Source: Lachnospiraceae bacterium
GTDB lineage: Bacteria > Bacillota > Clostridia > Lachnospirales > Lachnospiraceae
Assembly: GCA_022788065.1 (NCBI GenBank)
Contig: JALEWG010000139.1
Location: forward strand, 145 to 64,144
Reading direction: 5' to 3'
Length of the DNA stretch: 64,000 bases
Below are positions 46,713-56,264 of the stretch, piece by piece. The notes beneath the pieces are model-generated. The model did not search any database, was not told the origin of the DNA, and saw only the letters and a list, made by a program, of their open reading frames with translations. Both the position numbers and the translations under genes were made by a program. Position 1 is the stretch's first letter; each line of letters opens with the position of its first letter.

Positions 46713-48103
46713 TATTTTTCCTTTTCGGATGTCTGAACCCAGACGGCAAGTCCGCCTTCCTGATGATTTTCCATGGCATTCTTCAGTTCAATACGGTTTT
46801 TGATCCCCAGCTTTTTATAGACGTTTGCCAGATGATATTTCACGGTATTGGGACTGACAGACAGATACTCCCCGACCTCATCATTCTTCAGTCCGATCGC
46901 CGCAAGTCTGGCAACCGCCTGTTCCTTTTCAGTGAGAGACTCCCGGAAGACAGCTTCAGATGTAATTTTTCGTATTTCAGAAAGTTTCCCGGTATAACAC
47001 CGGTGTGTATTTCTGAAGTGCTCGGCATTTTCCTTTCCGAACCGTTCCATAGCTTTGTTCAGATCTTCTCCCAGCATCGGAAGGAATTCACAGGGGAACA
47101 GCCATAATCCATCCGGAACCAGGATATCCATGGCCTGTTCCAGGCATTCCTGTTCCTTCCTCGCGTCACCCAGAGCCTTCCACGCACTGGCCCGGTACAG
47201 CCACAGATATGCGTCGTAAAGCGGCATCCAGTCCAGGCCATAAAGACTGGAAGCCATATCAGCCGCATTGATGGCCAGAGAGTACTGACCGCTGTGCAGA
47301 AGGTATTCCATATGTGCGCTCCATGCCAGCGGAAACACCACATGTGATATGGAATCATCCACGATCCGGAATCTTCCTCCGTCGGAAACCGCACCGAATT
47401 TTCCCTCCTGGATCCACCTCGGAACATCCGAGATCAGGCCGACCGCCATGCGGACTCTGGTCTTCAGGCAGGCAGCCGTCTCCCTCACGACACGGTTCTC
47501 GCTGTTCTGAAGCCTGCAGATCATATCATACGACCTGCTCCATTCGCCCAGGCTCTGTCTGTGGATCGCAATGCGGACCCTGTATTCGGCCGAGCAGACA
47601 AGACTCAGCCCGTTCCCGGATTTTTTTGCGTTTCCGTCATTTTTCAGCAGAAAGCTTTCTGCCTTTTCAAACTCGCCCCGATAGAAAGCGAGCTGAGCCT
47701 GGTACAGCTGATCATGCCGGTTCCCGCCGCAAAGGGAATCATAGAGCTCCATCATATGCTCTAACTTTCGTCCCGTTTCGTCAGCCGTTCCCGGTGTCTG
47801 AAGATACCAGTAGATCGGGCTGTACATATCCCGCTTCATACTGGTGCACGGAGGCACCACCTCCGACTTCCCATGAATCAGCAGCCTGGCTTTCTCCAAC
47901 AGCGGAATCGCCCGGTCCGGTTCCAGATAGTGGCACATCGCCATTAAAAGGTTCCACTCTCCTTCACCCTCCGGCCATTCCCTGTTGTTTTCTAACTCAT
48001 CCTTCACCTCCATCAGCAGGCCTTTCGCTTCCGTCAGATCCTGCTCTTTCATACTTGCAAGGGCTCTTTTAAATTGCGAAAAGAGATCCTTCTTCATCCA
48101 CAC
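46709..48103 (-). CDS. LuxR-family transcriptional regulator (helical/TPR-like N-terminal region + C-terminal LuxR HTH)
   Basis: C-terminus LTEKEQAVARLAAIGLKNDEVGEYLSVSPNTVKYHLANVYKKLGI is a GerE/LuxR HTH. Own promoter TTGACA-17-TACCAT lies upstream. Confidence 0.8.
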   Translation of the reverse strand: MWMKKDLFSQFKRALASMKEQDLTEAKGLLMEVKDELENNREWPEGEGEWNLLMAMCHYLEPDRAIPLLEKARLLIHGKSEVVPPCTSMKRDMYSPIYWYLQTPGTADETGRKLEHMMELYDSLCGGNRHDQLYQAQLAFYRGEFEKAESFLLKNDGNAKKSGNGLSLVCSAEYRVRIAIHRQSLGEWSRSYDMICRLQNSENRVVRETAACLKTRVRMAVGLISDVPRWIQEGKFGAVSDGGRFRIVDDSISHVVFPLAWSAHMEYLLHSGQYSLAINAADMASSLYGLDWMPLYDAYLWLYRASAWKALGDARKEQECLEQAMDILVPDGLWLFPCEFLPMLGEDLNKAMERFGKENAEHFRNTHRCYTGKLSEIRKITSEAVFRESLTEKEQAVARLAAIGLKNDEVGEYLSVSPNTVKYHLANVYKKLGIKNRIELKNAMENHQEGGLAVWVQTSEKEKY

Positions 48104-48176
48104 AAATATACTCCTCTCTGTGCGTTATTACAGTTTCTGTTATCCCTATGGTATTAGGTGTTAAGAAAAATGTCAA

Positions 48177-48226
48177 GAAAAAAAGAAACTGTCATACGGT
48201 TAAAAATTTAATCCGTATGACAGTTT
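48177..48226 (-). terminator. Intrinsic terminator of glsA
   Basis: 14-bp perfect stem AAACTGTCATACGG/CCGTATGACAGTTT (48186-99 and 48213-26), followed on the minus strand by a U-run. Confidence 0.8.
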
Positions 48227-48235
48227 TCAGAACTA

Positions 48236-49153
48236 TCAGGTCTCTGCCGCAAACATATGCAGATTCAGAGTCTTTGAAAGGTATTCCAGCATCCGGCAGC
48301 CGGCAATACTGTTTCCCTTTGCATCCAGGGCCGGTCCGTAAATTCCGATCCCCATCCGTTTTTCGGCAACGGCCAGTATGCCGCCGCCGACACCGCTCTT
48401 TGACGGGATTCCCACGCGGACCGCAAATTCTCCCGATCCGTCGTACATACCACAGGTCAGCATAATGGTCTTGACGATCCGCACTGCCTCTGCGTCCACC
48501 AGTCGGACTCCGGTCTCCGGATGTCTTCCGCCGGTAGCCAGGACAATTCCGAGTCCGGCGAGGCTTTCCGCCGTCACACTGAGGGAACACATCCGGATAT
48601 AGAGATCCAGACTCTTCTCCACGTCACTCTCCAGAATTCCCTTACTCTGGAGCAGATAGGCGATGGCACGGTTTCTCGCGCAGTTGGCCATCTCGGACTC
48701 GTAGACCTTCTGGTCCATGACGATCCCGTCGTCCATGCACACCTTTCGCGCGTACTTTAACATGTCATCAAAGCTCACTTCCGACACCAGATATCCTGCC
48801 GTCGTGATAGCCCCCGCGTTGATCATCGGGTTAAACGGCTTGTCGCTGGCCATGTCCAACTTGAGAAGAGAATTGAAGGCATCCCCGGACGGCTCCATAT
48901 TCATCTTCTCGAAAACCCGGTCAAATCCACAGTGCTGTAAAGCGATCACCAGTGAAATGACCTTGGAAATACTCTGGATCGTGAACCGCGTCTTCGTGTC
49001 CCCGGCCGCATAGCGGTCCATGGACCTGGTGATCACACACACGCCCAGACTGTTTTTGTCAGCCCTCGCAAGCTCCGGAATATAAGACGCACACTCCCCC
49101 TGTGCGATATAGCGTCTTCCGATTGCAAGAGCCTCTTCCAATACGTTTTGCAT
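48236..49153 (-). CDS. glsA: Glutaminase A
   Basis: YIPELA..., FTIQSISKV (Ser-x-x-Lys), NPMINAGAI and PSKSGVGGGI motifs. ATG at 49153 is preferred for RBS spacing (GAAGGA-6 nt). Confidence 0.9.
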   Translation of the reverse strand: MQNVLEEALAIGRRYIAQGECASYIPELARADKNSLGVCVITRSMDRYAAGDTKTRFTIQSISKVISLVIALQHCGFDRVFEKMNMEPSGDAFNSLLKLDMASDKPFNPMINAGAITTAGYLVSEVSFDDMLKYARKVCMDDGIVMDQKVYESEMANCARNRAIAYLLQSKGILESDVEKSLDLYIRMCSLSVTAESLAGLGIVLATGGRHPETGVRLVDAEAVRIVKTIMLTCGMYDGSGEFAVRVGIPSKSGVGGGILAVAEKRMGIGIYGPALDAKGNSIAGCRMLEYLSKTLNLHMFAAET

Positions 49154-49171
49154 CCCCATTCCTTCTTTCAG

Positions 49172-50761
49172 TTACTGCAGGAAGATAACTCCTCCCGGTC
49201 CCAGCGGAAGATTCAGGAAATACCAGATAGCCAGCTGTATGATCCAGATAACCGCAAAGGATACGGAGAACGGGATCATATTGGCAATGAGGGTACCGAT
49301 ACCCACATTTTTATCATACTTGCGCGCAAAGCTTAAAGCGATCGGCAGATATGCGTTTAACGGAGTCAGCGGATTCGTCAGAGAATCGCCGATCCGGTAT
49401 ACAACCTGAATGAACGCCGGATTGTATCCGAGAAGCATTAACATCGGCACGAAAATCGGAGCAAGGATCGCCCATTTTGCAGATGTGGAACCGATCAGCA
49501 GGTTGATCAGGCATGTCAGCACAATAATTCCCAGAACCAGCAGCATGCCGGTAAGTCCCACGTTGCTTAAGAACTCCGCTCCTTTAATCGCGATGATGGT
49601 TCCTATTTTAGACACTGAGAAGAAATTTGTAAAGATGGAAATAAAGAAGCACATGAACACATAGCTTCCCATCTCCGCAAAGCCCTGGCTGATGTCAGCC
49701 CATACATCTTTATCTTTTTTATATTTTCCGGTTCCGATACCATAAAAGAGACCCGGAACGAAAAGGAACAGTGTCACAGTAAATACGATACCTTTGGAGA
49801 ACGGGGAAGCACTGGCTGTAATGGAGCCGTTCTCATCTGCCAGGATCGCCGTCGGCCCGAAGATCGGAAGGGAGAGAAGGAGGACTGCGATCAAAAGAAG
49901 CAGTGTCGCAATACCTGCCATTTTAAGACCCTTGTTTTCCTCCGGAGACAGTTTTTTTCTTTCCTCGCCAAAGTTGAATTTGGCAAGTTCCTCCTTGGAA
50001 ATCGGGAAACGCGGAACCAGTATTTTTCCACCAGAATCGTGCCTGTGATCGTGAGCACGACACAGGATACCATCAGGAAATACCAGTTGATCGCGATGGA
50101 TTCCGAATAAGTCGGGTCGATCATCTGCGCTGCAGGCTCAGTGAAGCCGTATGCCAGCGCATCGGAAAGTCCAAGGATCAATGTTGGCACAGAAGCCGGC
50201 GGAAACCGACGCAAAAGCCGTGTAGAGGCCGAGCAGCGGGTGACGACCGACGGACATGAACAGTACGGCGGCCAGCGGCGGCAGAACAATGTTTCCGGCG
50301 TCTCCGGCCACATTCAGGTTAATTCCAAGGAATACAACCACGCAGGTAACGATCCAGCCCTTGGCTCCGCCGAGGAATTTTTCCATGACGGCTACCAGGA
50401 ATCCGCTCTTTTCCGCAAGGGAGGAGCCGACAACCGCTACCAGAACCATGCCGAGAGGCGCAAAGCCTGAGAAATTGGTGATGACATTGGTCCACAGGTA
50501 TTTGATACCTGCAACGGAGAGAAGGTTAAATACCTGAACGGTGGAACCGTCCGACGGATTGACAGCCGTTACGCCCAGCATGCTGAACACAGCTGAAAGA
50601 ACGATAACGATAACTGCCAGTCCCAGGAACATAGTGATCGGATCCGGGAGTTTATTTCCCATACGCTCGATGGCGTCGAGGAACCGGTCCAGTCCGCTTT
50701 TCTTTACTTTTACAGCTTCATTTTCTTTTTGCTCATACGATCGCCCTTTCTTTTCTGTCAC
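49172..50761 (-). pseudogene. abgT: AbgT-family (p-aminobenzoyl-glutamate-type) transporter split over three ORFs by two frameshifts
   Basis: ORFs 50138..50761 and 49172..49921 share a frame. The homologous sequence detours through the frame of ORF 49891..50313 between about 50182 and about 50025. Confidence 0.75.
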
Positions 50762-52197
50762 TATTCATCGAGACGCGGTTTGATTTCCTTCGGGATCGGA
50801 CACTCGTAGACGCCTCCGGTCTCCTCCAGCCACTCTTCCCGTGCCTTTTTAAGCACATCGGGCTCCTCCAGCAGGCGAATGCCGGACAGTGCCATGATCT
50901 CACCGGCTGCCAGCATGGCCTTATGTGCAATTTCTGTATTACCGTGGGCCGTCATCTGCCATGTGTGAGACGCTGTGCCGAGTGTGGCTGTTGCCATCGT
51001 AAGCTGCGCCGTCGGCATCACATAGCTGGCATCACCCACATCTGTGGACCCGGCCATGGGCGCTCCGTTCCAGTCAAGCGGCTCAATCTCCGTGTGGAGC
51101 GGATGCTCCAGAATATCCTCCAGCCGTTCCGCACCGAACATCTTCCGGAATTTCGCCTTCTTGGCCTCCAGTTCTTCCGCTGTGGAAGTCTCTGTCAGGA
51201 ATTTTCTTGCCAGAGCAAAGTCCTCCTCGCTGTAATCGGCCGGCCCGATCTCCACCATGCATTCGTGCACCAGTTTTGTGAGCGCGCGGTTCGGTATGTA
51301 ATCGGACAGTCCCGCGTACAGCTCGTACGTCATCTCCGTTCCGGTCATCTTCGCGGCGCCCTCCGCCACATCGATCACGCGCTTATAGATTTCCTGAACC
51401 TGCCAGGATTTCGGCGCCCGCACAAAATAGTGGACACAGCTGTGACCCTGGACCACGTTGGGAGCGATTCCTCCCACGTCCCGGTACGCGTAATGAATTC
51501 TCGCCTCCGGAATGATATGTTCCCGCAGATAATTGACGCCGACACTCATAAGCTCCGCCGCGTCGAGGGCAGATCTTCCCTGCTCCGGGGATGCCGCCGC
51601 GTGGGCAGTCACTCCTTTGAACCGGAAAAACACGCTGACATTGGCCAGTGAGGATACGGTCCATGCTTTGTTGACGTCCATCGGATGCCAGGTGAGCGCC
51701 GCATCCACTCCGTCAAACACGCCGTCGCGCGCCATGATCGTTTTACCGTTTCCCTTTTCCTCGCTAGGGCAGCCGAACAGAATGACGGTTCCCTTTTCAG
51801 GATCTTCCTCCAGATATTTTTTCATGGCCAGAGCAGCGGCAAAGGCACCGGCGCCTAAAAGGTTATGACCGCATCCATGGCCGTCGGGATTTGCCCCGTC
51901 GGCCGGAGTCCGTTCGGCGCAGCCGCCCTTCTGGGAAAGCTCCGGCAGTGCGTCATACTCGGCAAGAAGACCGATCACCGGTTTTCCCGCTCCGAAGGAC
52001 GCCTTAAACGCGGTCGGCATTCCGCCGACGCCCATTTCTACCCGGAAGCCCTCATTTTTCAGCGTCTCTTCGTAAAGCTTCGCTGTCCGGAACTCATGGA
52101 AGCCGATTTCCGCGTAATCAAAGATCTGGTCACTGACCTTCACGATCAGGTCCCTTTTCTCCTCAACCGCCTGAATCACAAATTGTTTCCTGTCCAT
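50761..52197 (-). CDS. M20-family amidohydrolase, AbgB-like
   Basis: DYAEIGFHEFRT...LLAEYDALP...GHGCGHNLLG motifs. ATG at 52197 follows AAAGGAAGGTG. The stop overlaps the abgT GTG start by 1 nt. Confidence 0.8.
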   Translation of the reverse strand: MDRKQFVIQAVEEKRDLIVKVSDQIFDYAEIGFHEFRTAKLYEETLKNEGFRVEMGVGGMPTAFKASFGAGKPVIGLLAEYDALPELSQKGGCAERTPADGANPDGHGCGHNLLGAGAFAAALAMKKYLEEDPEKGTVILFGCPSEEKGNGKTIMARDGVFDGVDAALTWHPMDVNKAWTVSSLANVSVFFRFKGVTAHAAASPEQGRSALDAAELMSVGVNYLREHIIPEARIHYAYRDVGGIAPNVVQGHSCVHYFVRAPKSWQVQEIYKRVIDVAEGAAKMTGTEMTYELYAGLSDYIPNRALTKLVHECMVEIGPADYSEEDFALARKFLTETSTAEELEAKKAKFRKMFGAERLEDILEHPLHTEIEPLDWNGAPMAGSTDVGDASYVMPTAQLTMATATLGTASHTWQMTAHGNTEIAHKAMLAAGEIMALSGIRLLEEPDVLKKAREEWLEETGGVYECPIPKEIKPRLDE

Positions 52198-52323
52198 TGG
52201 ACACCTTCCTTTCTGTCCGAATATCAATCCATAACACTTCTGTTTGACAGATATCCCGACGTGTTTTATGATTATTATAACATCAGGCCTGTCAGACGGC
52301 TAATAGTCCCTGTTTATCGTATT

Positions 52324-52339
52324 ATAACTTTAAAGTTAT
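52324..52339. promoter_or_regulatory. Perfect 16-bp palindrome ATAACTTT|AAAGTTAT in the LysR/abgB divergent region, candidate LysR box
   Basis: Read directly. It lies 43-58 nt upstream of the LysR ATG (52382). Confidence 0.45.
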
Positions 52340-52381
52340 GCGTTAACATTTTTTTTAGAATTACAGACAAGGAGAGTTTCC

Positions 52382-53374
52382 ATGAATCTGCAGCATCTGC
52401 AATATATCATCGAAATAGACAACTGCGGTTCCATCTCAAAAGCAGCCCAGAATCTCTACGTTTCCCAGCCCTATCTCAGCAAGATCCTCCGTGAAACCGA
52501 GGAGGAATACCACCTCTCCATCTTCACAAGAGGAAAAAACGGCATTGCTCTTACAGAATCCGGACGCCTGTTTATCTCCATGGCGAAGGATCTCCTGAAC
52601 AATGCCGCAAATTTCGAAAAAGCCTTTGAGGACCGCCGGGACAGTTTCCGTCTCCGGGTCGTTTCCAGCGCCTCCTCCCACTCTATGGACGCCTTTATCC
52701 GCATGGTCAATGCCCTGCCGGACACGGTCCTGCGTTTTTCCTACCGGGAAACCGTCAGTTCCGAGGTCATCAACGCAGTCTACACGCGGGAGGCCGACAT
52801 CGGAGTGATCATGCTCGGAAGCACGGCGGCCTCGGAAACCATCGAACTCATGGAGGCCCGCCGGATCTCGTATCACAAACTGTTTGAACATGGGACCTGG
52901 CTTCTGATGGGCGAAGGTCATCCGTTAACAGAAAAGCGGGAGCCGATCACCATGGAGGATCTCTACCGATATAATCTGGTGCTGTACCCTCTGCGCACCG
53001 ACCCGGAAACCCGCGTCTCCGAATCGGTCTACAACAAAGAACCTCTGAGTCTGTTTGATCTGAACCGGTTTCATCAGATCATCTATGTCCACAACCGGGC
53101 CGCCCTCCACAATCTCCTCACAAGGACCAACTATATCGGGATCGGGACCGCGCCGGTGCTGGACCAGGAGACCGGTTTCCATCTGGTATCCCTCCCGCTC
53201 CCCGCAGAACTTAGCTCCCGCGACTTTCAGACCAGCGGATATGCCTTGTACTATATCCACCTGAAGGACCGCGAGCTTCCGAGAGCCGCGCAGGTCTACG
53301 CATCGTTTCTGGAAAAATATTACGGGGCCTCCTCCGACTATCCCGGCTCCGCCCCGCCGGTTACTCATAAATAA
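52382..53374 (+). CDS. LysR-family transcriptional regulator
   Basis: MNLQHLQYIIEIDNCGSISKAAQNLYVSQPYLSK HTH. Divergent from the abgB-like operon. Confidence 0.9.
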   Translation: MNLQHLQYIIEIDNCGSISKAAQNLYVSQPYLSKILRETEEEYHLSIFTRGKNGIALTESGRLFISMAKDLLNNAANFEKAFEDRRDSFRLRVVSSASSHSMDAFIRMVNALPDTVLRFSYRETVSSEVINAVYTREADIGVIMLGSTAASETIELMEARRISYHKLFEHGTWLLMGEGHPLTEKREPITMEDLYRYNLVLYPLRTDPETRVSESVYNKEPLSLFDLNRFHQIIYVHNRAALHNLLTRTNYIGIGTAPVLDQETGFHLVSLPLPAELSSRDFQTSGYALYYIHLKDRELPRAAQVYASFLEKYYGASSDYPGSAPPVTHK

Positions 53375-54362
53375 AGTCTTTGATCCGCCCGATAAACTGC
53401 ATCCGGCACTCCTCCTGCCGCTTTAATGCCGCGATTTTTTCCGTGTTTCTTGCCGGAACCCATGCCTTATTCCCGTTGTAGTAAAAATTGATCTGCTTCC
53501 AGTATTTTTCCGGATAGAGGAACAGGCAGTACAGGCACTCCCACTCCGGACGGGTCATGGGAAGGACACGCGCGTACGCCTCCAGCATGGCTTCCCCAAG
53601 TCCCGGGTTCCAGTCATGCTTCTCCATGGCCTTGCGCATGAAGGAGTAGAGATCCTCCGTCTGAAGTCCCAGGTGCATTTTATTGAATTCCGTCACCGCC
53701 ACATACTCTTTTCCCATGAGGATATGATGCTGGTTCAGATCCCCGTGGCACACGGAATATACTCGTTCCAGGGAATCCCTGTACGTCCGGTATACTTCCT
53801 CCATCCGGTCCTCCGCCTCCTGCGCCTGATCGTAAAAGCGGTCAAAGCTTTCGATGACACAGAGTTCGAATTCATTTTTTCTTCGCTTCTCCCGGATAAA
53901 ATTCCTTGCTTTTTTCAGTTCCCGGTTATGCTTTTCCATGGCTTTATAAAGCGGCGGCGAAATCATGGACTTTAAATTCCATTCCTCCCTCGCCTCCACG
54001 TTCCGAAGCGCCCTGTGAAGAACCGCGATCTGCCGCACGGCAGAAAGGATCTCCCCCGTATCCTTGAGGTCGCATTCCCGGTCTGCAAACCAGTCCTTCA
54101 CCAGATACCTGGTTCCGTCCTCCGCCTGGGAGACAAGCTCCCCCTCCCGGTTTCGCACATACTGGTCCACCTTAAGCATACCGGCCTCTTTCACGGCGTC
54201 AAGCACCATCTCCTCAAATTCCAGACGCTTTACGCTCCCCTTATATTCCTTCATAAGCTTCAAGCCGCGGTCCGTCTCAAAAATCCACGCACCGCGGCCT
54301 TTCCTTATATTTGCCACTTCCAGATCATACTGCTCGATTACTCCGGTATTCCAGTCGTTCAC
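53361..54362 (-). CDS. CotS-family spore coat protein / aminoglycoside-phosphotransferase-fold kinase
   Basis: VCHGDLNQHHIL (kinase catalytic-loop-like) and overall CotS-like layout. GTG start after GGGAGGGG. Confidence 0.65.
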   Translation of the reverse strand: MNDWNTGVIEQYDLEVANIRKGRGAWIFETDRGLKLMKEYKGSVKRLEFEEMVLDAVKEAGMLKVDQYVRNREGELVSQAEDGTRYLVKDWFADRECDLKDTGEILSAVRQIAVLHRALRNVEAREEWNLKSMISPPLYKAMEKHNRELKKARNFIREKRRKNEFELCVIESFDRFYDQAQEAEDRMEEVYRTYRDSLERVYSVCHGDLNQHHILMGKEYVAVTEFNKMHLGLQTEDLYSFMRKAMEKHDWNPGLGEAMLEAYARVLPMTRPEWECLYCLFLYPEKYWKQINFYYNGNKAWVPARNTEKIAALKRQEECRMQFIGRIKDFIYE

Positions 54363-54396
54363 GCGCGTCCCCTCCCTTCAAACTACTTCCAGAATA

Positions 54397-54430
54397 TGAA
54401 AAGGCCGGCAGAATTATGTCAATTCTGCCG
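54397..54430 (-). terminator. Intrinsic terminator of cca (hairpin includes the stop codon)
   Basis: CGGCAGAATT (54406-15) / AATTCTGCCG (54421-30), followed on the minus strand by GCCTTTTC. Confidence 0.6.
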
Positions 54431-55657
54431 GTCCCTTCTTTCTCTCAGTTTTTCCAGGAGGATCTCTTTCCGGTTCAGGGCAGGATCTTCCAGAACGAGG
54501 GAGAGCATCCAGGAAAGAATCTCACCGAATTCTTTTCCCTGCGGAATTCCCGCCGCCAGAAGATCCGCGCCGCCCACCGCCAGCCCCTTTAAGGACACGC
54601 AGTCGCCGTCATCCGTGATCTCCTTTTTCAGTCTGCGGATCTCCTCTGTTTTTTCGCCGTTTAACTCTTTTAAGAGGAGGCAGCCGTCAAACTGGTAATC
54701 CGTCATCCGGCTTAACTGCTTTCGGATCTCTGCTTTCTCCGGAGCAAACGGCACAGCAGCCGCAGCCGTCATGACCGTCGCGTTGTCAATCGTCTCATTA
54801 TCCAGCTTAAGCGCTTTCAGGATCTGCTTTATCCGCCCGGAAGGCAGGTGGCGCAGAAATCCGGCCCAGCGCACAGATTTCTCTGCCGGAAGCGATTTTA
54901 ATTCTTCAAAACCATAAGCACCGCACGCTCCCGTACGGGTCAACCACTCCCGCTCCGCGTCAAAAACCTCCCCGAAGCCATCCGCCACATACGGGCTGAT
55001 TCCGGTCTCATCGGCCATGACCGCCTTCTCCGGATAGTCCGAGAGCAGAAGCTTTGTAAATTCCGTCTGGATCCGCTCTTTACTTACCTTTTTTAAATTG
55101 GGGGCGATCTCACCGATCGCCCGGTAAGTCTCCTTCTCTATGGAGAAGCCCAGCTGGGCGGCAAAGCGGATCGCGCGCAGAATTCTCAGTGCATCCTCCG
55201 TGAACCGGTCATGGGCAAGCCCCACGCAGCGGATCACCCCGTTCTTCAGATCTTCCATACCGCCGAATTCGTCGACGATCCCCGTCTCATGGCTGTACGC
55301 CATGGCATTGATCGTGAAATCCCGGCGTTTTAAATCCTCTTTCAGGTTCGAGGTAAACTCCACCGAGTCCGGGTGACGCCCGTCATGGTATTCTCCGTCG
55401 ATCCTGTAGGTGGTTACCTCATAGCCCTTTCTGTTTTTTATGATCGTCACGGTGCCATGCTGCAGGCCCGTGTCCACCGTCTTCCCGAAGATCTGCTTCA
55501 CTTCCTCCGGCTTCGCCGAGGTGGTGATATCCCAGTCCCCCGGCTTCCGCCCGAGAAGCGTATCTCTGACACAGCCGCCGACAGCAAACGCCTCGAAGCC
55601 ATGGCTCCGTATTTTTTCAATGATCCACTCTGCCTCATACGGCATCTCTATCCGCAT
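54419..55657 (-). CDS. cca: CCA-adding tRNA nucleotidyltransferase
   Basis: AVGGCVRDTLLGRKPGDWDITT and RDFTINA motifs. Confidence 0.9.
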   Translation of the reverse strand: MRIEMPYEAEWIIEKIRSHGFEAFAVGGCVRDTLLGRKPGDWDITTSAKPEEVKQIFGKTVDTGLQHGTVTIIKNRKGYEVTTYRIDGEYHDGRHPDSVEFTSNLKEDLKRRDFTINAMAYSHETGIVDEFGGMEDLKNGVIRCVGLAHDRFTEDALRILRAIRFAAQLGFSIEKETYRAIGEIAPNLKKVSKERIQTEFTKLLLSDYPEKAVMADETGISPYVADGFGEVFDAEREWLTRTGACGAYGFEELKSLPAEKSVRWAGFLRHLPSGRIKQILKALKLDNETIDNATVMTAAAAVPFAPEKAEIRKQLSRMTDYQFDGCLLLKELNGEKTEEIRRLKKEITDDGDCVSLKGLAVGGADLLAAGIPQGKEFGEILSWMLSLVLEDPALNRKEILLEKLRERRDRQN

Positions 55658-55670
55658 ACTGTCACTCCCA

Positions 55671-56264
55671 TCACCTGCTCTTTGCTCCCCTCATGGAATC
55701 GACCGCAGGGAGCAGTCTTCTGGCGAGGAATGCAGCCAGCACACAGAGGACGAAATCCTCTCCCACCGTCAGAAGAAAGCAGTTAATAAACACCAGTTTC
55801 CAGCCCACAGACACGCCAAGAATGTAGTTGCTGCAGACATAGAAATAAATCATTCCGCAGGCGTAATCGGCAAGAAGACCAACGGTACACGCAAGAAGCA
55901 GTGCCGGAAAGTTCCTCTTTCCGATCTTTTCATAGACGAGCCCCGTGAGGAATCCGGCAGCCGCAAACCCGATCAGAAAGCCGAAGGTCGGTTTTAACAG
56001 ATAAGCGGGACCGCCGCCCGTCGCAAAGACGGGAACGCCGCAGAGCCCGATGACCAGATACGTACAGACGCTGGCCAGGGAACCTTTCGCACCAAGGATC
56101 AGCGCCGACAGCAGCACAAAAAAGAACTGCAGCGTAAAATGCATGGGCACAGGCTGCACGGGGATCGTGATCTTAACGAACGCACCGACAGCGATCAGTG
56201 CCGAAAACAGCCCGGAAAAGGCCAGTTCCTGGATACTCCACGGTTTGCGATGTTCTCTTTTCAT
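55671..56264 (-). CDS. bioY: Biotin transporter BioY (ECF S component)
   Basis: ITIPVQPVPMHFTLQFFFVLLSALILG...GGPAYLLKPTFGFLIGF pattern. The start overlaps the proS stop by 1 nt. Confidence 0.9.
   Translation of the reverse strand: MKREHRKPWSIQELAFSGLFSALIAVGAFVKITIPVQPVPMHFTLQFFFVLLSALILGAKGSLASVCTYLVIGLCGVPVFATGGGPAYLLKPTFGFLIGFAAAGFLTGLVYEKIGKRNFPALLLACTVGLLADYACGMIYFYVCSNYILGVSVGWKLVFINCFLLTVGEDFVLCVLAAFLARRLLPAVDSMRGAKSR

Noticed and set aside
46316-46779. Listed ORFs 46316..46534 (+), 46477..46665 (+) and 46501..46779 (-)
   Set aside because: They are short and lack an SD. Two of them end in mirrored peptides (..FYAIGKHFPIA / ..FYAIGKCFPIA) simply because they read through the 40-nt palindrome. 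One overlaps the luxR-type gene 3' end.
50023-50027. Programmed ribosomal frameshift or phase variation at the T5/A5 run in abgT
   Set aside because: A run of five is short for slippage. The second, compensating indel is not in a repeat. No stimulatory structure is evident. Sequencing error or decay is more parsimonious.
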